Assembly: GCA_964347025.1 (NCBI GenBank)
Contig: CAYFWU010000004.1
Coordinates: forward strand, 3,752-67,751
Length of the DNA stretch: 64,000 nucleotides
Origin: an uncultured archaeon
Lineage (GTDB): Archaea; Aenigmatarchaeota; Aenigmatarchaeia; QMZP01; QMZT01
Reading direction: 5' to 3'
A program made the translations under genes and the position numbers. This document shows positions 1 through 8,707 of this stretch, piece by piece. The number at the start of each line of letters is the position of its first letter. Positions within the stretch are counted from its first letter, which is position 1. Below the pieces are notes generated by a model that ran no database searches, was not told the origin of the DNA, and worked only from the letters and a program-made list of their open reading frames with translations.

Positions 1-189
1 GCCTTGCAGGGGGTCTTTGTCGAACCCACTTCAGCGATTGTTATCCCTGCGATTGAAAAATTCTACCAGAACAGAATGATAGGGAAGAAAGAAAAAACAG
101 TTGTTGTTTTGTCCGGAAGCGGCCTGAAGACAACGGATGTCCTTGCATCCTCTAGGTTTCTTTCTTTAGAATATCAAAGAGCATCTTGA
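1..189 (+). CDS. threonine synthase-like PLP enzyme, C-terminal fragment (5' end outside window)
   Basis: ORF runs off the left edge. The terminal block VFVEPTSA...VVVLSGSGLKT resembles the C-terminus of threonine synthase / Trp-synthase-beta-fold enzymes. Confidence 0.45.
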   Translation, partial: ALQGVFVEPTSAIVIPAIEKFYQNRMIGKKEKTVVVLSGSGLKTTDVLASSRFLSLEYQRAS

Positions 190-1027
190 TTTTTCTATCT
201 TCACCTTCGATTGTATTCGCTCCTGCATGCGGCGTGGAGACGACGTTAGGCAGACCAACAAGCTTCTTTTTCCCGACGGGCTCCTTCTCAAAAACATCCA
301 ATCCCGCTCCCCTTATCCTTCCCGACTTCAGGGATTTGTAGAGCACCCTAGAATCAACGATCCCCCCTCTCGCGGTGTTTATGAGTATGGATGATCTCTT
401 CATACTCTTCAATTGTTTATCCCCTATCATGTGCTTCGTTTTCCTGTCCAGATGCGCGTGTATAGAAACGACATCAGAGATTTTGAGCAGCCTGTCAAGA
501 CTGATCATCTTCACGTTGGATTTCCCTTTAACTAACTTGTTGGGGTCGCAGGCGACGACATTCATACCGAAAGATTTAGCTATCTTACAGACATCCATTC
601 CGATTGGACCGAGACCTATCACCCCGAGTGTTTTCCCGTAGAGTTCGTTTCCGAATTCCCTTTTCCACTCTCCCCTCTTCATTCTCCTGTCCTGCTCCGG
701 AATCTTCCTGAGAACAGAGATCATCAGACCAAAGGTGAGCTCAGCGACGCTTGCCGTGCTTCCGGGGATTGTATGGAATTTTATCCCCCTTTCCTTGAGG
801 GTTCCTGTATCTACATGTTCATATCCGTGGGAAAAGGCTATTAAAATCTTCAATGATTTTGCCATCTCCAGAAATTTTTTATCAACCTTTATCCTCGGTG
901 TCACAACCAGGACTTCAGCGTTTTCTACCCCTTTCTTGCCAGGACTTTCCAGATGAACAATTTTCACCTTCCTTTTAATCCCCTTGATCACGAAGTCAGG
1001 GTATCCGCCGAGAAGGACGACTTTCAT
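152..1027 (-). CDS. D-isomer-specific 2-hydroxyacid dehydrogenase (phosphoglycerate dehydrogenase / glyoxylate reductase family)
   Basis: 291 aa. Has the NAD-binding motif GVIGLGPIGMDV plus family blocks LINTARGGIVD and STPHAGANT. Confidence 0.8.
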   Translation of the reverse strand: MKVVLLGGYPDFVIKGIKRKVKIVHLESPGKKGVENAEVLVVTPRIKVDKKFLEMAKSLKILIAFSHGYEHVDTGTLKERGIKFHTIPGSTASVAELTFGLMISVLRKIPEQDRRMKRGEWKREFGNELYGKTLGVIGLGPIGMDVCKIAKSFGMNVVACDPNKLVKGKSNVKMISLDRLLKISDVVSIHAHLDRKTKHMIGDKQLKSMKRSSILINTARGGIVDSRVLYKSLKSGRIRGAGLDVFEKEPVGKKKLVGLPNVVSTPHAGANTIEGEDRKIKMLFDILKKET

Positions 1028-1050
1028 GGAAAGAATTTGTTTTCAGACTT

Positions 1051-1494
1051 TTAAATGTCTTTCTCCGTCATTACTTTGATATTGTTATTCTTCAGTATCG
1101 CTGCCGCCACACCTTCCCCTTTCTTCAGTTTTCCAGAAAAAGATCCGTCATATATTTTTTTACAGGCGCAGGCAGGGGACTTCGATTTCAGTATCGCTTC
1201 CTTCACACCCAGAGATTTTGCCACCATCAGTGTTTCCTCTGCTCCTCTTATGAAATTCTTTGTGACATCCCTCCCACTGGCTGTCATCACCTTTGCCTTT
1301 CCCTCCAGAACATCTTCTCCTGTCCCGCCAACAATCTCCTGAATTTCCCTCGGTGTAGGTAAACCGCCGAGCTGTTCGGGACACAGAGGGATAAAATCCC
1401 CCTTCTTGAACTTCTTGAAAATCTTAGAATTAATCGAATTTTTACCGTCGTACCTGCAGTTAATACCAACCAGACATGCGCTTACTATTTTCAT
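1051..1494 (-). CDS. DUF523 (YbbK / 2-thiouracil desulfurase-like) protein
   Basis: Start moved to the ATG at 1494 (MKIVSACLVGINCRYDG...). PLCPEQLGGLPTPR is typical of DUF523. The longer track ORF adds an unrelated N-terminal extension overlapping the ferredoxin gene. Confidence 0.6.
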   Translation of the reverse strand: MKIVSACLVGINCRYDGKNSINSKIFKKFKKGDFIPLCPEQLGGLPTPREIQEIVGGTGEDVLEGKAKVMTASGRDVTKNFIRGAEETLMVAKSLGVKEAILKSKSPACACKKIYDGSFSGKLKKGEGVAAAILKNNNIKVMTEKDI

Positions 1495-1535
1495 ATTTTT
1501 CGAAAGAAACACACTTTCGTGTATTTCAGTCTGAC

Positions 1536-1733
1536 CTAGACTTTCTTTACTGTTATACAGTGCACAGGACAGGAGTCTGCGGCCTCTTTGTTGCATCCCA
1601 TTTCCTTCACCGTGGTTTTCTTTGGCTTGCTCTTGTCCCCTTCCATTACCCAGTTGTCCGGACAAATTGCAGCGCAGGCCCCACAACCAATACACGCTTC
1701 CTTGTCATGTATTATTTTAAAAGGCATAGACAC
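1536..1733 (-). CDS. fdx: small 4Fe-4S ferredoxin
   Basis: 65 aa. Has CIGCGACAAICP plus a distal C..CP motif. It lies directly downstream of the por genes. Confidence 0.7.
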   Translation of the reverse strand: MSMPFKIIHDKEACIGCGACAAICPDNWVMEGDKSKPKKTTVKEMGCNKEAADSCPVHCITVKKV

Positions 1734-1756
1734 ACCCCATTTTACATCCTTTCAAT

Positions 1757-2647
1757 TTATTTATTTCCACCGGAAAGTTTTAATAGTTTTTCCCACTCAT
1801 TGTCAATATAGTCCTGTATTTTTTTGATCACCTTCTTGTTGCCCGATTTAAACAGGTGGGAAAACCTCCCCTGGGTTCTGAGATATTCCTCGACAGGCTT
1901 TCTCTTATGGATGTTTTTTGTTATCTTGAAATTCCCGTCGTGTACTTCGTAAAGCATCCACATACCCGTTTCGACAGCGATTTTCGCGATCTCTATTGTT
2001 TTTGAAGGATCGAATTTCCAGCCGAGCGGACAGGGACATTCCACATGTATGAACGATGGCTGATTCTTCTTTTCGAGCGCTTTCTTAACCTTTTCTTTCA
2101 GATCGGCAATGAATCCTACGGAGGCGGTCGCGATGTAATGAGTTCGATGGGCAGCAACTATCTCCACTATGGGCTTCTTCCATTCCTCCTTGCCTATGGA
2201 GAACCTTCCATGAGGGCTCGTTGTCGTCCATGCCCCGAGGGGGGTCGCGGAACTTCTCTGTATCCCAGTGTTCATGTAGGCATTGTTGTCAAGGCAGACA
2301 AAACAGATCTTGTCCCCTCTCTCCAGGCTTCCTGACAACGCCTGCAACCCTATATCTAGCGTACCACCATCGCCAGCCATTGCTATTACATTTCCCTTCT
2401 TTCCCATGTCTTCAAGGGCGAGGGAAACCCCGCTGGCTATCGCGGATGCATTCTCGAACGCCCCGTGTATGTAATTAACCCCCCAGGATGTGCGCGGATA
2501 CTGGGAGCTCACGATCTCTAAGCATGAAGTGGCGTTAACTATGACGGTCTTCTTACCCGCAACCTCGAGAATGTTGCGAACAGCGATTGTTTCCGGACAA
2601 CCGCAGCAGCTCGTGGAACCCTGATAAAATCCGCATGCTAGACCCAT
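1757..2647 (-). CDS. porB: pyruvate/2-oxoacid:ferredoxin oxidoreductase, beta (TPP-binding) subunit
   Basis: 296 aa. Has an N-terminal Cys cluster (CCGCPE) and the TPP motif GDGGTLDIG. Overlaps porA by 10 nt. Confidence 0.85.
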   Translation of the reverse strand: MGLACGFYQGSTSCCGCPETIAVRNILEVAGKKTVIVNATSCLEIVSSQYPRTSWGVNYIHGAFENASAIASGVSLALEDMGKKGNVIAMAGDGGTLDIGLQALSGSLERGDKICFVCLDNNAYMNTGIQRSSATPLGAWTTTSPHGRFSIGKEEWKKPIVEIVAAHRTHYIATASVGFIADLKEKVKKALEKKNQPSFIHVECPCPLGWKFDPSKTIEIAKIAVETGMWMLYEVHDGNFKITKNIHKRKPVEEYLRTQGRFSHLFKSGNKKVIKKIQDYIDNEWEKLLKLSGGNK

Positions 2648-3765
2648 ATTAATCCTCTCCTCTCCTTTCTTACGTCATCGAAAATGTTCAGGATGTCCTC
2701 TATCTTCACATCCTTTCCTCCAAGGCCTCCGACAAATGCGCTGACCGAACGTTTCCTGGTGAGACCGCGGATTTCGTAGCAGAGAGCTCCGCCAAGACCG
2801 GGTGATATGTTCTTTTCAAGAACGCCTATTGATTTTATCCCGTTCAAGGCCTTCTTTATCTCCCCTATTGGGAAGGGACGGAAGCTCTTTATTTTCACGA
2901 GTCCCACATCCTTTATATTCTTCTCATCTATCACATGTCTTATAGTTCCGCATGTAGAGCCCATGGTCACGATAGCGTAATCAGCGGATTCCATGTTATA
3001 GGTTTCGACTAATCCGCTACCGTAACCTCTACCGAAAATTCTCTTGAATTCCGAATTCGTCCGCCTTATCACATCCTTCGCATTCCTCATGGCCTCGTGC
3101 TGATCCTTTTTGAATTCTTGGAAATAATCAGGACCAGCCCACGCTCCCTGCGTAACAGGTTTATTGAAATCCATCTTTCTCCCCTTATACTTCGGCAGGA
3201 ACTTTCTAACGAGGGTTTTATCCGCTATATCCACGGGTTCGTAAACATGAGAAAGAATGAAGCCATCTATGCATACCACTACAGGAAGCGAAACGTTAGG
3301 ATTCTCTGCTATTTTGTACGCCTGTATGGTCGTATCGAAGGCCTCCTGTGCACTCTCGCAGTAGAACTGTAACCATCCGGAATCCCTTTCAGCGAACGTA
3401 TCCGACCAGTCGCACCATATGTTCAGAGGGGAAGCTAACGAACGATTGGCGACTGCCATGACTATGGGCAGGCGCATCCCCGAAACATTATAAAGAACCT
3501 CGTGCATCAGAGCGATTCCTTGGCTGGCAGACGCCGTGAACGTTCGAACGCCTGCCGCCTGCGCGCCCAAGCATATCGACATCGCCGAATGTTCAGATTC
3601 CGCTCTGGAAAACTTGGTCCTGAATTCACCGTCTGCCACCATCTCTGATATCCTTTCAATTATATGGGTTTGCGGCGTGATGGGGTAGGCTGCAACAACA
3701 CCCGGTTCGCACAGCTTAACCGCTTCTGCTATTGCGTGGCTCCCCTCTAAAACCTTTTTTACCAT
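2638..3765 (-). CDS. porA: pyruvate/2-oxoacid:ferredoxin oxidoreductase, alpha subunit
   Basis: 375 aa. GSHAIAEAVKLC..VVAAYPITPQT is the typical N-terminus of POR/VOR alpha subunits. Confidence 0.85.
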   Translation of the reverse strand: MVKKVLEGSHAIAEAVKLCEPGVVAAYPITPQTHIIERISEMVADGEFRTKFSRAESEHSAMSICLGAQAAGVRTFTASASQGIALMHEVLYNVSGMRLPIVMAVANRSLASPLNIWCDWSDTFAERDSGWLQFYCESAQEAFDTTIQAYKIAENPNVSLPVVVCIDGFILSHVYEPVDIADKTLVRKFLPKYKGRKMDFNKPVTQGAWAGPDYFQEFKKDQHEAMRNAKDVIRRTNSEFKRIFGRGYGSGLVETYNMESADYAIVTMGSTCGTIRHVIDEKNIKDVGLVKIKSFRPFPIGEIKKALNGIKSIGVLEKNISPGLGGALCYEIRGLTRKRSVSAFVGGLGGKDVKIEDILNIFDDVRKERRGLIWV

Positions 3766-3769
3766 TCTT

Positions 3770-4024
3770 TCACTTCTCCATCTCGTTCTTTACAGCTTTG
3801 AAAGGGCATACATTTGCGCATATCAAACAGCCCTTGCAGTAATCGTAATCCACCTTCGCCTTTTTCTTCTCGATCTTCATACACCCTTCAGGACAGTGCG
3901 TTACGCATATCCCGCATCCCTTGCAGTTTTCCGTGATAATCGGTCTGAAGGTTCTCCACCCGGATTTCTTTAGACCGATTGTCGGCTTCGAGGTTACACC
4001 AGCTTTGGATATCTTCCTCTCCAT
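3770..4024 (-). CDS. porD: pyruvate/2-oxoacid:ferredoxin oxidoreductase, delta (2x[4Fe-4S]) subunit
   Basis: 84 aa with two CxxCxxCxxxCP motifs (CKGCGICVTHCP, CKGCLICANVCP). Confidence 0.85.
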   Translation of the reverse strand: MERKISKAGVTSKPTIGLKKSGWRTFRPIITENCKGCGICVTHCPEGCMKIEKKKAKVDYDYCKGCLICANVCPFKAVKNEMEK

Positions 4025-4566
4025 TACATCACCGTCTCCTCGTACGCCCTCTTAACCGCACGTACATTCTTTTTCCTGAGTTCTCCCTCAAACCTTTCCT
4101 TTATGGATTCCACCAGATTTTCAAGTGAAATCAGGCCGGTTGCCTTGGCAAACGCCCCGAGCATTACGGTGTTAACTATGGGTCTCCCCAGGACCTCCAT
4201 TGCGATCTTGTTTGCATCAACAGTGTAAACGTCGAAACCGTTGAACTTCACTTTTCTTTCAGAATTTATCAGTATGATCCCCTTCTTCGACAGGCCCTTC
4301 GTGATGTCTACTGTCCTCGGGAGAGAATCGTCCAGAACAATTACGTGATCCGGGCTGTAAACCTGCGTTCTCAGCGTGATGAAATCCTTTGAAATCCTGC
4401 AGTAGGACTGAACAGGAGATCCTCTCCTCTCCGGCCCGAACTTCGGAAAGGCCTGCGTGAACTTCCCGTCCTTGAAGGCGGCTATCGCCAGCAACTCTGC
4501 CGCTGTAACTGCCCCCTGCCCTCCCCGGCCGTGTATGACTATCTCTAGAATTTTCGTAGTTAACAC
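4024..4566 (-). CDS. porG: pyruvate/2-oxoacid:ferredoxin oxidoreductase, gamma subunit
   Basis: 180 aa. IHGRGGQGAVTAAELLA is typical of gamma subunits. It is the first gene of the porGDAB order. Confidence 0.85.
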   Translation of the reverse strand: MLTTKILEIVIHGRGGQGAVTAAELLAIAAFKDGKFTQAFPKFGPERRGSPVQSYCRISKDFITLRTQVYSPDHVIVLDDSLPRTVDITKGLSKKGIILINSERKVKFNGFDVYTVDANKIAMEVLGRPIVNTVMLGAFAKATGLISLENLVESIKERFEGELRKKNVRAVKRAYEETVM

Positions 4567-4641
4567 CCTTAGGTTTAATATCCACAGATACCTTTATAAG
4601 ATTTACTTAATGAAATACGTCGATTGTGGAGAATAATAAAC

Positions 4642-5196
4642 TTATTTAATGATCCTGCTTACCTTCCTGAATTCGTCCGTCCCTGCCCTGTCCATGACCT
4701 GGAAGATCACGGATTCTGTTGTTGTCAAGAAAATGCCTGCATGGGAAATCCTGCACATTGAGATGCTCCAGTCCATCTGTTTCCGGGAGGAAACCGCGTC
4801 ATAAACCACGTGAACATTGTAGCCTCTTTTCACTCCGTCCAGAGCCGTCTTCAGGACGCACACATGCGCTTCCAGTCCGCAGAGAACGATGTCCTTAACC
4901 TTTAATTTTCTCAGCTCCTTTTCGAACTTTTTATCCCCGAAGCAGGAGAAGTGAAGCTTTTCGAATGGCTTGAAACTGCCCAAGACCTTCGAGACCCCAG
5001 GGACTGTTCGTCCCAGCTTGTCTGGATTCTGCTCTGTCACTATTATGGGGACATTCAGGATACGGAAAGAACCCACAAGTTTCTTTATGTTTTCAGCCAT
5101 TTTGTTGAACTCAAAAATAACGGGCCTGAACTTCTCCTGGACATCTATGACCACCAGACACGTTCTCTTCCTTTCAAGTATCCCCAGTCCTTTCAT
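4642..5196 (-). CDS. isochorismatase-family cysteine hydrolase (nicotinamidase-like)
   Basis: 184 aa. Has CLVVIDVQEKF and VLCGLEAHVCV (catalytic Cys region). Confidence 0.7.
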   Translation of the reverse strand: MKGLGILERKRTCLVVIDVQEKFRPVIFEFNKMAENIKKLVGSFRILNVPIIVTEQNPDKLGRTVPGVSKVLGSFKPFEKLHFSCFGDKKFEKELRKLKVKDIVLCGLEAHVCVLKTALDGVKRGYNVHVVYDAVSSRKQMDWSISMCRISHAGIFLTTTESVIFQVMDRAGTDEFRKVSRIIK

Positions 5197-5999
5197 GGTT
5201 TCCTTATCCTTACACTGTCCTTCAGTTTCGTCCCGAATCTCTTTGAAAAATTCCCCATGTTTATCGCGATCTCTATTCTTCCGTAATCGTCCGGGAAGAG
5301 AACCACTTCATTTTTTCCGACTTCTCCGAAGGTTTTCAGGAACTTGGTCTTTATCTTTTTGTTCTTTGTCTCTATAACGACATCATCTTTGTACACTATC
5401 CCGGTCTTTTCAAAATTACTCTGCGTCACGTTTATGAAAATGCTTCCGAAGTGGTTTACATGTATTATCTCGCCCTCGGCAACACCTCTGGAAACCTTCG
5501 CTTCTCCATAGGGAGCCTTGACCAGATCTTTCTTGTCGATTTCTGGCCCGAACTCTTCTAGGCGAACACCCTTCGCCAGCCACGCAGCTGCCGGGGTGAA
5601 AACGTCGCGACCGTGGAAGACTGGCGAGACCGGCTTCCTCATGTATTTGTCATTCGTTATCTCCACTGCCTTTTCAATCCCTCCGAGAATTTTGCTGGCA
5701 GGGATCAAAACCCCGTTATCCGGTCCGATCAGGTAGTCGCCGCGTTTGGCCTTGATTATGATCGCTCTTCGCGAGGTCCCGACCCCGGGATCGACCACGC
5801 AGACGTGACAGCCGACGGGAAGGTAGCTAATGCTCTCGAGGGTCCAGGCCCCTTCTGTAACATCGAATCCTGGCAGGCCGTGTCTCAGATCAATGATTTC
5901 ACAATCAGGGCAGATATCCAATGCGACTGCCCTCATTAAACCTATCCCCTGCGTGCCCACACCGAAATCGCTCGTCAGGGAAATGAACTTTCGTTTCAT
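5193..5999 (-). CDS. SAM hydrolase / S-adenosyl-L-methionine hydroxide adenosyltransferase (DUF62) family
   Basis: 268 aa. The N-terminal LTSDFG.. motif and overall layout match the DUF62/fluorinase-like family. There is a 4-nt overlap with the downstream gene. Confidence 0.65.
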   Translation of the reverse strand: MKRKFISLTSDFGVGTQGIGLMRAVALDICPDCEIIDLRHGLPGFDVTEGAWTLESISYLPVGCHVCVVDPGVGTSRRAIIIKAKRGDYLIGPDNGVLIPASKILGGIEKAVEITNDKYMRKPVSPVFHGRDVFTPAAAWLAKGVRLEEFGPEIDKKDLVKAPYGEAKVSRGVAEGEIIHVNHFGSIFINVTQSNFEKTGIVYKDDVVIETKNKKIKTKFLKTFGEVGKNEVVLFPDDYGRIEIAINMGNFSKRFGTKLKDSVRIRKP

Positions 6000-6073
6000 A
6001 TGAATAGAATAAGAAAATAGTTAATAAAAATTTAAATGTTTAACACGACTAAAATAAACCAAGGAGGTTGAAA

Positions 6074-6838
6074 ATGAAAACGAAGTTTTACTGGATGATT
6101 TCTGTTTTAGTGATAGCGAGTTTCATTCTTTCGGTAACAGTCCTGCCAATCCAGGTAGAAGGAAAGGGGAAACCACAGAAGATCGTTTTTATCCATTACA
6201 AAAAGGGACACGCAAAGCCGACATGTAACAACAACGGAATCTGCGAGCCAGAGCTTGGAGAAAAAAAGAACTGTGCTGACTGCAAGAATGGAGGTGGAGA
6301 GGAAAGTACGTGCTACACATTCCTTGGAAAGGGAGTGAAATGGAGGGATTTGCCGGTGAATTACGTTATCCACCCGGACCTGGATACAGGAGCGATCTCA
6401 TCCGCTGCTTCCGAATGGGATTCCCATACTTCGGCGAATCTCGTTGGAAGCTATTCAATAGATAACGGAGCAACATGGGATGATGAAACGCCTGATGGAA
6501 GGAATGAAATGGTTTTCGGAGATTATTCACAGTCGGGAGTGATCGCGGTGACAATCATATGGGGATACTTCAACGGAAAGCCGAACACGAGAGAGATTCT
6601 CGAATTCGACATCCTCTTTGACACGGATTTCACATGGGGCGACGCGACAAAAGATCCTTCAGTGATGGATCTGCAGAATATAGCAACACATGAATTCGGG
6701 CACGGATTCGGCCTGGGAGATTTATACAACTCGGCATGTGTAGAGGAGACAATGTACGGCTACTCTTGGGAAGGAGACACGCAGAAAAGAGATCTGAATG
6801 CAGGTGATATCGTAGGGATACAGCAACTTTACGGATAA
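6074..6838 (+). CDS. secreted metzincin-type zinc metalloprotease (matrixin-like)
   Basis: ATG at 6074 lies 7 nt after AAGGAGG. Has an N-terminal hydrophobic signal, the zinc motif HEFGHGFGLGD and a downstream Met-turn candidate (ETMYGY). Confidence 0.65.
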   Translation: MKTKFYWMISVLVIASFILSVTVLPIQVEGKGKPQKIVFIHYKKGHAKPTCNNNGICEPELGEKKNCADCKNGGGEESTCYTFLGKGVKWRDLPVNYVIHPDLDTGAISSAASEWDSHTSANLVGSYSIDNGATWDDETPDGRNEMVFGDYSQSGVIAVTIIWGYFNGKPNTREILEFDILFDTDFTWGDATKDPSVMDLQNIATHEFGHGFGLGDLYNSACVEETMYGYSWEGDTQKRDLNAGDIVGIQQLYG

Positions 6839-6881
6839 ACCCCTTCTTTTAATTTTTATTTTGGTTAGGCCTACCAAAAGC

Positions 6882-6903
6882 TTTAAATATAACAGTGTTA
6901 TAT
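6882..6903 (+). promoter_or_regulatory. TATA-like box fused to perfect 7-3-7 inverted repeat, copy 1 (TTTAAATATAAC-AGT-GTTATAT)
   Basis: Intergenic, 78 nt upstream of the ATG of the redox operon. Near-identical modules occur at 13823-13844 and 16650-16670. Confidence 0.55.
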
Positions 6904-6980
6904 TGTTACTAATACCCGAAGACAAACTTTAAAAATCCAAAATCCGTCAAAAAGAAATGAGGGTTGAAAGAGGTGAATGC

Positions 6981-7220
6981 ATGGAAAAGAAAAAGGTGAA
7001 AGTTTATTCAACACCCACATGTCCATATTGTAAGATGGCAAAGGAATTTCTGAAGTCGAAGGGGGTTGAATTCAAGGACATAGATGTTTCAACCGACCAA
7101 AACGCAGCGAAGGAAATGATAGAGAAGTCAGGATCCAACGGAGTTCCTCAGATCGAGATCAACGGGAAGATAATAGTAGGTTTTGACAAAGAAGCGATAG
7201 AAAAGGAATTGGGATTGTAA
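6981..7220 (+). CDS. glutaredoxin-like small thioredoxin-fold protein (CPYC)
   Basis: 79 aa from the ATG at 6981. VKVYSTPTCPYCKMAKEFL...GVPQIEING matches the NrdH/glutaredoxin-like family. Confidence 0.8.
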   Translation: MEKKKVKVYSTPTCPYCKMAKEFLKSKGVEFKDIDVSTDQNAAKEMIEKSGSNGVPQIEINGKIIVGFDKEAIEKELGL

Positions 7221-7234
7221 ATTAGGGGGTTAAT

Positions 7235-7381
7235 ATGCCTGAGAAGAAATTTTGGAGATGTAATGTGTGCAATGACATACACTTCGGCATGGCTGGTCCC
7301 AAAATTTGTCCGACATGCCAGGCCGAGAACGCGTACGTTGAGATTGATAAAAAGGAAGCTCAGAAGGTTATGAGATTATGA
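7235..7381 (+). CDS. rubredoxin-like zinc/iron-ribbon protein (48 aa, below ORF-track cutoff)
   Basis: Translates to MPEKKFWRCNVCNDIHFGMAGPKICPTCQAENAYVEIDKKEAQKVMRL, with CxxC-x13-CxxC. An ATGA overlap couples it to the next gene. Confidence 0.55.
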   Translation: MPEKKFWRCNVCNDIHFGMAGPKICPTCQAENAYVEIDKKEAQKVMRL

Positions 7382-7659
7382 ATAAGGAAGACATTCGAAG
7401 GATTTGGGAAAGATTTGCAGAAAATAAGGATTTCATGCTCAATCCAGACGAGAAGCATGTAGATATGCTGGCAGACGGGGTTCTGGCGAATGAAAAGAAA
7501 TTCGGCCTTAAACTCTGTCCCTGCAGACTGAGGGACGGAACGAGAGAAACCGATCTCTCGCTAATATGCCCCTGCAACTTCAAAACCCAGGAAGTGTGGG
7601 CAAAGGAAGGTAGATGCTGGTGTGGATTGTTCATTAAAAGAAGTCATGATAAGAGGTGA
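7378..7659 (+). CDS. ferredoxin:thioredoxin reductase catalytic-subunit homolog (FTRc)
   Basis: 93 aa with the CPC-x16-CPC-x13-CWC pattern (LCPCR...ICPCN...CWCGLF), characteristic of the FTR catalytic chain. Confidence 0.75.
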   Translation: MNKEDIRRIWERFAENKDFMLNPDEKHVDMLADGVLANEKKFGLKLCPCRLRDGTRETDLSLICPCNFKTQEVWAKEGRCWCGLFIKRSHDKR

Positions 7660-7663
7660 TGGT

Positions 7664-8182
7664 ATGGTGAAATTGTGGAGATGCGAAATATGCGGGGACC
7701 CGTACATAGGAGAATCCGCTCCGGATAATTGTCCGTTCTGCGGAGCCCATAAGAAACACATAAAGGAAGCGAAGAACCTGAAGGTAAATTTCGATGTAGA
7801 GCTAAACGAGAAGGACAAGGCGAACGCTGAAAGAGCTTTGCAGGTGGAGGTGAGTAACGCAGCCTTCTACTTCTGCGCTGCCAAGAAAACGGACGATGAA
7901 GAGGGGAAGCTGTTGTTCAAGGCATTAGGGAAGGTGGAAGCAGAGCATGCAAGCATCTGGAAGAAGATACTTAAGATGGACAGCGTTCCGAAAGGTGAAG
8001 AGCCCTGCCATACGGACAACAAGGAAAACTTACAGGAATCGCACAACAGGGAGACGAGAGCGATCGAGTTCTACAGTAATGCCGCGAAAGAATCCGAGAA
8101 TCCCAGGGTCAAACAGATATTCGAGGCGTTGGTGGAGGTCGAAACGGATCATCTGCATCTTTCCGAGGAACGAATGAAATAA
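7664..8182 (+). CDS. reverse rubrerythrin-like protein (N-terminal rubredoxin-like domain + ferritin-like diiron domain)
   Basis: Start at the ATG at 7664 after AAGAGGTGA. Has WRCEICG...CPFCG followed by two ExxH motifs (EAEH, ETDH). Confidence 0.7.
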   Translation: MVKLWRCEICGDPYIGESAPDNCPFCGAHKKHIKEAKNLKVNFDVELNEKDKANAERALQVEVSNAAFYFCAAKKTDDEEGKLLFKALGKVEAEHASIWKKILKMDSVPKGEEPCHTDNKENLQESHNRETRAIEFYSNAAKESENPRVKQIFEALVEVETDHLHLSEERMK

Positions 8183-8193
8183 GGAGGATTAAT

Positions 8194-8694
8194 ATGGAAA
8201 CGAATGAAAACCTCATGAAGGCATTCGCAGGCGAGAGTCAAGCGAATAGAAGGTATCTGGCATTCGCGAAAAAGGCGGAGGAGGAAGGTTTCAAAAACAT
8301 TGCAAGACTCTTTCGAGCGGCCGCAAGAGCAGAGACAATTCATGCGCATAACCATCTCAGAACGGTCGGCGAGGTGAAATCAACCAAGGAGAACATCCAG
8401 GCAGCAATAAACGGTGAGAACTACGAATTCACAAAGATGTACCCTGGTTTCATAGAGAAGGCCAAGAGCGAAGGCAGTGAAGACGCGAGAAGGAGTTTCG
8501 ACTGGGCAAACCAGGTTGAAAAGATTCATCACGATCTTTACGAGAAAGCCTTGGAAAACCTGGGCCAGGGGAAGGATATAGAGTCAAAGGATTACTATGT
8601 CTGCCAGACTTGTGGGAACACTGTCGAAGGTTCTCCACCCGAGAGCTGTCCTATATGCGGCTTTCCTAAGAGTCAGTTTAAAAAGATAGAATAA
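8194..8694 (+). CDS. rbr: rubrerythrin
   Basis: 166 aa. Has an N-terminal diiron four-helix region (FAGESQANRRY, ETIHAHNH) and a C-terminal CQTCG...CPICG rubredoxin-like domain. Confidence 0.85.
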   Translation: METNENLMKAFAGESQANRRYLAFAKKAEEEGFKNIARLFRAAARAETIHAHNHLRTVGEVKSTKENIQAAINGENYEFTKMYPGFIEKAKSEGSEDARRSFDWANQVEKIHHDLYEKALENLGQGKDIESKDYYVCQTCGNTVEGSPPESCPICGFPKSQFKKIE

Positions 8695-8707
8695 TTAAGT
8701 GGTAAAA

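Noticed and set aside
1495-1695. N-terminal 67-aa extension of the DUF523 track ORF
   Set aside because: DUF523 homology starts at MKIVSACLVG (ATG at 1494). The extension overlaps the ferredoxin gene in another frame and is Gly/Arg/Gln-rich.
4259-4585. 108-aa alternative-frame ORF within porG
   Set aside because: It is on the same strand but out of frame with the well-conserved gamma subunit. It is Gly/Arg-rich and has no motif.
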